DNA from: an uncultured delta proteobacterium
GTDB taxonomy: Bacteria > Desulfobacterota > RBG-13-43-22
Length of the DNA: 64,000 nucleotides
Assembly (NCBI GenBank): GCA_963743305.1
Contig: CAVUPH010000042.1
Location: 82,018-146,017 of the forward strand
Reading direction: 5' to 3'
A program made the translations under genes and the position numbers. Below the pieces are notes generated by a model that worked only from the letters and a program-made list of their open reading frames with translations, was not told the origin of the DNA and made no database searches. Below are positions 61,729 to 64,000 of the stretch, one piece after another; the first letter of the stretch is position 1; each line of letters starts with the position of its first letter.

Positions 61729-61876
61729 TGCGCAGGTGAGGGGTAGGCAGGGCTGTTGGCGCGAGAAGGAACCGGCCCGCGCCTTGCTCCGCCTGAGTGT
61801 GATCCACGAAGTTGAACCTCGTCCTCGAATACCCCAGACGGTAGCAAGGCCGGGTCGATCTGTAAATACCGGCCCG
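61729..61876. other. Highly structured intergenic element, candidate ncRNA
   Basis: Long imperfect hairpin with G-U-compatible pairing on the minus strand; no family recognised. Confidence 0.35.
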
Positions 61877-61877
61877 T

Positions 61878-62153
61878 CTAATTCTTAGCTGGTCCGCCGG
61901 TCTTCCCCAGGGCCTTGTCTTTCAGTTCTCCCGCCTTTTCCATTGCTTTGTCTTTTACCTCGGTGGCCTCTTTAACGGCTTTGTCTTTCAATTCGCCGGC
62001 TCCTTGAACTGCCTTGTCCTTTAGATCTCCGGCTTCTTTGACCGCCTTATCCTTCATCTCGGCGGCCTGGTCGGCGGCCTTTTGGCACCCCAAGGTTAAC
62101 GAGAGGGGGAAGGCCAGCACTAAACAGAGTATCATCGTCAATGTCCATTTCAT
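61878..62153 (-). CDS. Lipoprotein with 11-aa LEA-like repeats
   Basis: Signal ending TLGC; five KDKA-containing 11-mers. Confidence 0.75.
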   Translation of the reverse strand: MKWTLTMILCLVLAFPLSLTLGCQKAADQAAEMKDKAVKEAGDLKDKAVQGAGELKDKAVKEATEVKDKAMEKAGELKDKALGKTGGPAKN

Positions 62154-62390
62154 GCCCAGGATCACCTCCTTTTTTTGAATTCAGGCTAGAGCATACTAAA
62201 GCGGATTGTCTCTAAAGACAATGAATGGTCTGCAAAAAATTGTCAAGATCGATGTCTTCGGGGGGGGGTAGAAAAATGAAATCCAACTCGGCACCGTGCC
62301 TGCCAGGGGTGTAATAAAACTAAATAATTTTCGAGTTTCTGCCGAAAAGTGAGGGAGCGATCATCAACTGAATAGGGGAGGAGAAAAAGG

Positions 62391-63677
62391 GTGAAAGAAC
62401 GCCTGAGAATTTTGAGCCATAATTCGTGGGTAGCTTTTTTTGCGGCCGGAATCCTCTGGAGCCTGATATTGGTTCCGGCCTGGGCGGCGAAGGAAGGCAA
62501 AATGATCGAGGTGATCCTGGATGCCTCGGGCAGCATGAACGGCAAGTTGGGAGGCGGAGAAATGAAAATCGCGGCGGCTAAAAGCGCGGTCTCCGAACTG
62601 GTCAAGAAGATGCCCGATGGGGCGGTTTTGTCCTTCCGGGCCTATGGGCATCAATCGCCCCGGGAAAAACACGACTGCCAGGACACGGAATTTCTGGTCC
62701 CCTTCGGCCCCCTGTCCAAGAACCGCGGCCTGATCGAGGCCAAAGCCAAAGGGCTGACGGCCAGGGGCTATACCCCGATCACCCAGGTGATCACCAAGGG
62801 AGCCGGGGATTTCCCGGCCGATTTCCAGGGCGACAAGGTTATCGTCCTGGTCAGCGATGGCAAGGAAACCTGCGAAGGGGACCCTTGCGCCATGGCCCAG
62901 GTGTTAGCAAAAAAGGGGATGAAACTGGTGATCCACACGGTGGGCTTCGGGGTGGATGAGGCCGCCAAATCCCAACTGGAGTGTGTGGCCCGGGCTACCG
63001 GGGGCCGCTATTTTCCGGCGGAGAGCACGGCCGAGTTGATTAAGGTCCTGAGCCAGGCCGTGGAGACCTCCCGGACCGTCAAGGTGGAGAAAACGGGGCC
63101 CGGATGGCTGGAGGTCAAGGGGGCGGACCTTTCCGGCCACCAGATTACCAAGGCCTCCAATGGGGAAAAGGTGGGATCGTTGGGCCATACTAGGTCTTCT
63201 ATGGAACTTCCGGCCGGGATTTATAACGTCACCATCGGCCGAGCGGTTTGGAAGAGCGTGGAGGTCAAATCCGGAGAAAAAACCGTGCTGGCCCCGGGGT
63301 TCCTGAAAGTCGAACACGCCACTGTACAGGGACACAAGATAGTCGATCCGGAAACCGGCGCCATCAATGGAGAAGTCGGCAACACCAAAAACAACACGGC
63401 CCTCATGCCCGGGGAGTATGAGGTCTATTTCGGGAAGCTTGGCTGGCCTGTAAAGATCAAGGCCGGGGAGACCCTGGTCCTGAAACCCGGCACGGTCCAG
63501 GTGGTCAAGGCTACCGTCCAGGGGAACAAGATCCGCAATAAGAAGGGGGAAGTGATCGGGGAAGTAAGCAACACCATGAACTGGATCCCCCTGCCGCCGG
63601 GTGAGTACACCGTTGATCTGGGAGGGAAGGCGGTACCCTTCAAGTTAAAGGAAGGGGAAGAGTTGAAGTTCCAGTAG
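62391..63677 (+). CDS. Secreted VWA-domain protein with three C-terminal beta repeats
   Basis: ILDASGSM MIDAS, GYTPI, VSDGKETC; PG.L.V...GH.I repeats. Confidence 0.85.
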   Translation: MKERLRILSHNSWVAFFAAGILWSLILVPAWAAKEGKMIEVILDASGSMNGKLGGGEMKIAAAKSAVSELVKKMPDGAVLSFRAYGHQSPREKHDCQDTEFLVPFGPLSKNRGLIEAKAKGLTARGYTPITQVITKGAGDFPADFQGDKVIVLVSDGKETCEGDPCAMAQVLAKKGMKLVIHTVGFGVDEAAKSQLECVARATGGRYFPAESTAELIKVLSQAVETSRTVKVEKTGPGWLEVKGADLSGHQITKASNGEKVGSLGHTRSSMELPAGIYNVTIGRAVWKSVEVKSGEKTVLAPGFLKVEHATVQGHKIVDPETGAINGEVGNTKNNTALMPGEYEVYFGKLGWPVKIKAGETLVLKPGTVQVVKATVQGNKIRNKKGEVIGEVSNTMNWIPLPPGEYTVDLGGKAVPFKLKEGEELKFQ

Positions 63678-63706
63678 AACAAGACTTCATTACATATCTA
63701 TATAAA

Positions 63707-64000
63707 ATGGCCATGACTTTTTTACATAGTACGGAAACGGGGTTGGGGTCCTTTGAGATCGGCTATGTGAGGGACAAAGAAAAGCGAGAGGTGGATTTTC
63801 TGCTGATTAAGGACAATCGGCCGTTGGCCCTTTTTGAGGCCAAAGAATCGGATATGACAATCAGCGCCTCGGGGCGTTATTTCAGCCGGAAATTGGGGGT
63901 CCCCTTTTATCAGATTGTCGCCCAGAGCGCCAAAAGTGAAATGTTCCCCGGCAACTGTTTTCTCCTGCCGGCGGCCCAATTATTAATGCGCTGCGGCTAA
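63707..64000 (+). pseudogene. C-terminal fragment of a DUF4143 (AAA plus nuclease-like) protein
   Basis: YVRDKEKREVDFL...LFEAK motif; no ATPase part upstream. Confidence 0.65.

Noticed and set aside
61729-61876. TPP riboswitch, SRP RNA, tRNA or retron msr/msd
   Set aside because: Only scattered partial motif matches; not in a 5' leader; no reverse transcriptase nearby
61900-62060. 33-bp tandem repeats, possible CRISPR
   Set aside because: Degenerate coding repeats of the lipoprotein; no unique spacers or cas genes

Overview
Bacterial chromosomal segment; gene content suggests an anaerobic Desulfobacterota-like organism (inference). It is rich in signal transduction: a CheR-type methyltransferase, five PAS or membrane histidine kinases, a NarL regulator and an HDOD protein. 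Metabolic genes include pyk, two different glucan phosphorylases, a PfkB kinase, an acyl-CoA ligase, an nrfHA nitrite-ammonification locus and a GC-rich catalase. Best candidate for an undescribed system: a co-oriented locus marR(Cys-Cys)-dsrE2-tusA-DsrM/NarI-like cytochrome b-DsrK/HdrD-like FeS protein-FadL porin (22718->17927), which could import, relay and redox-process sulfane sulfur. Other highlights are a decayed integron (intI N-terminal relic plus cassettes with collapsed attC sites, 26.9-29.4 kb) and several MITE/REP families nested inside each other with symmetric self-similar insertions. There is also a mutS2 plus C12orf65-like release-factor cluster, an acuC-acuB-pyk operon and an unassigned structured intergenic element at about 61.8 kb. 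About 11 frameshifts, nearly all +1, probably reflect sequencing or assembly indels. All calls are by eye from motifs; no database searches were run.
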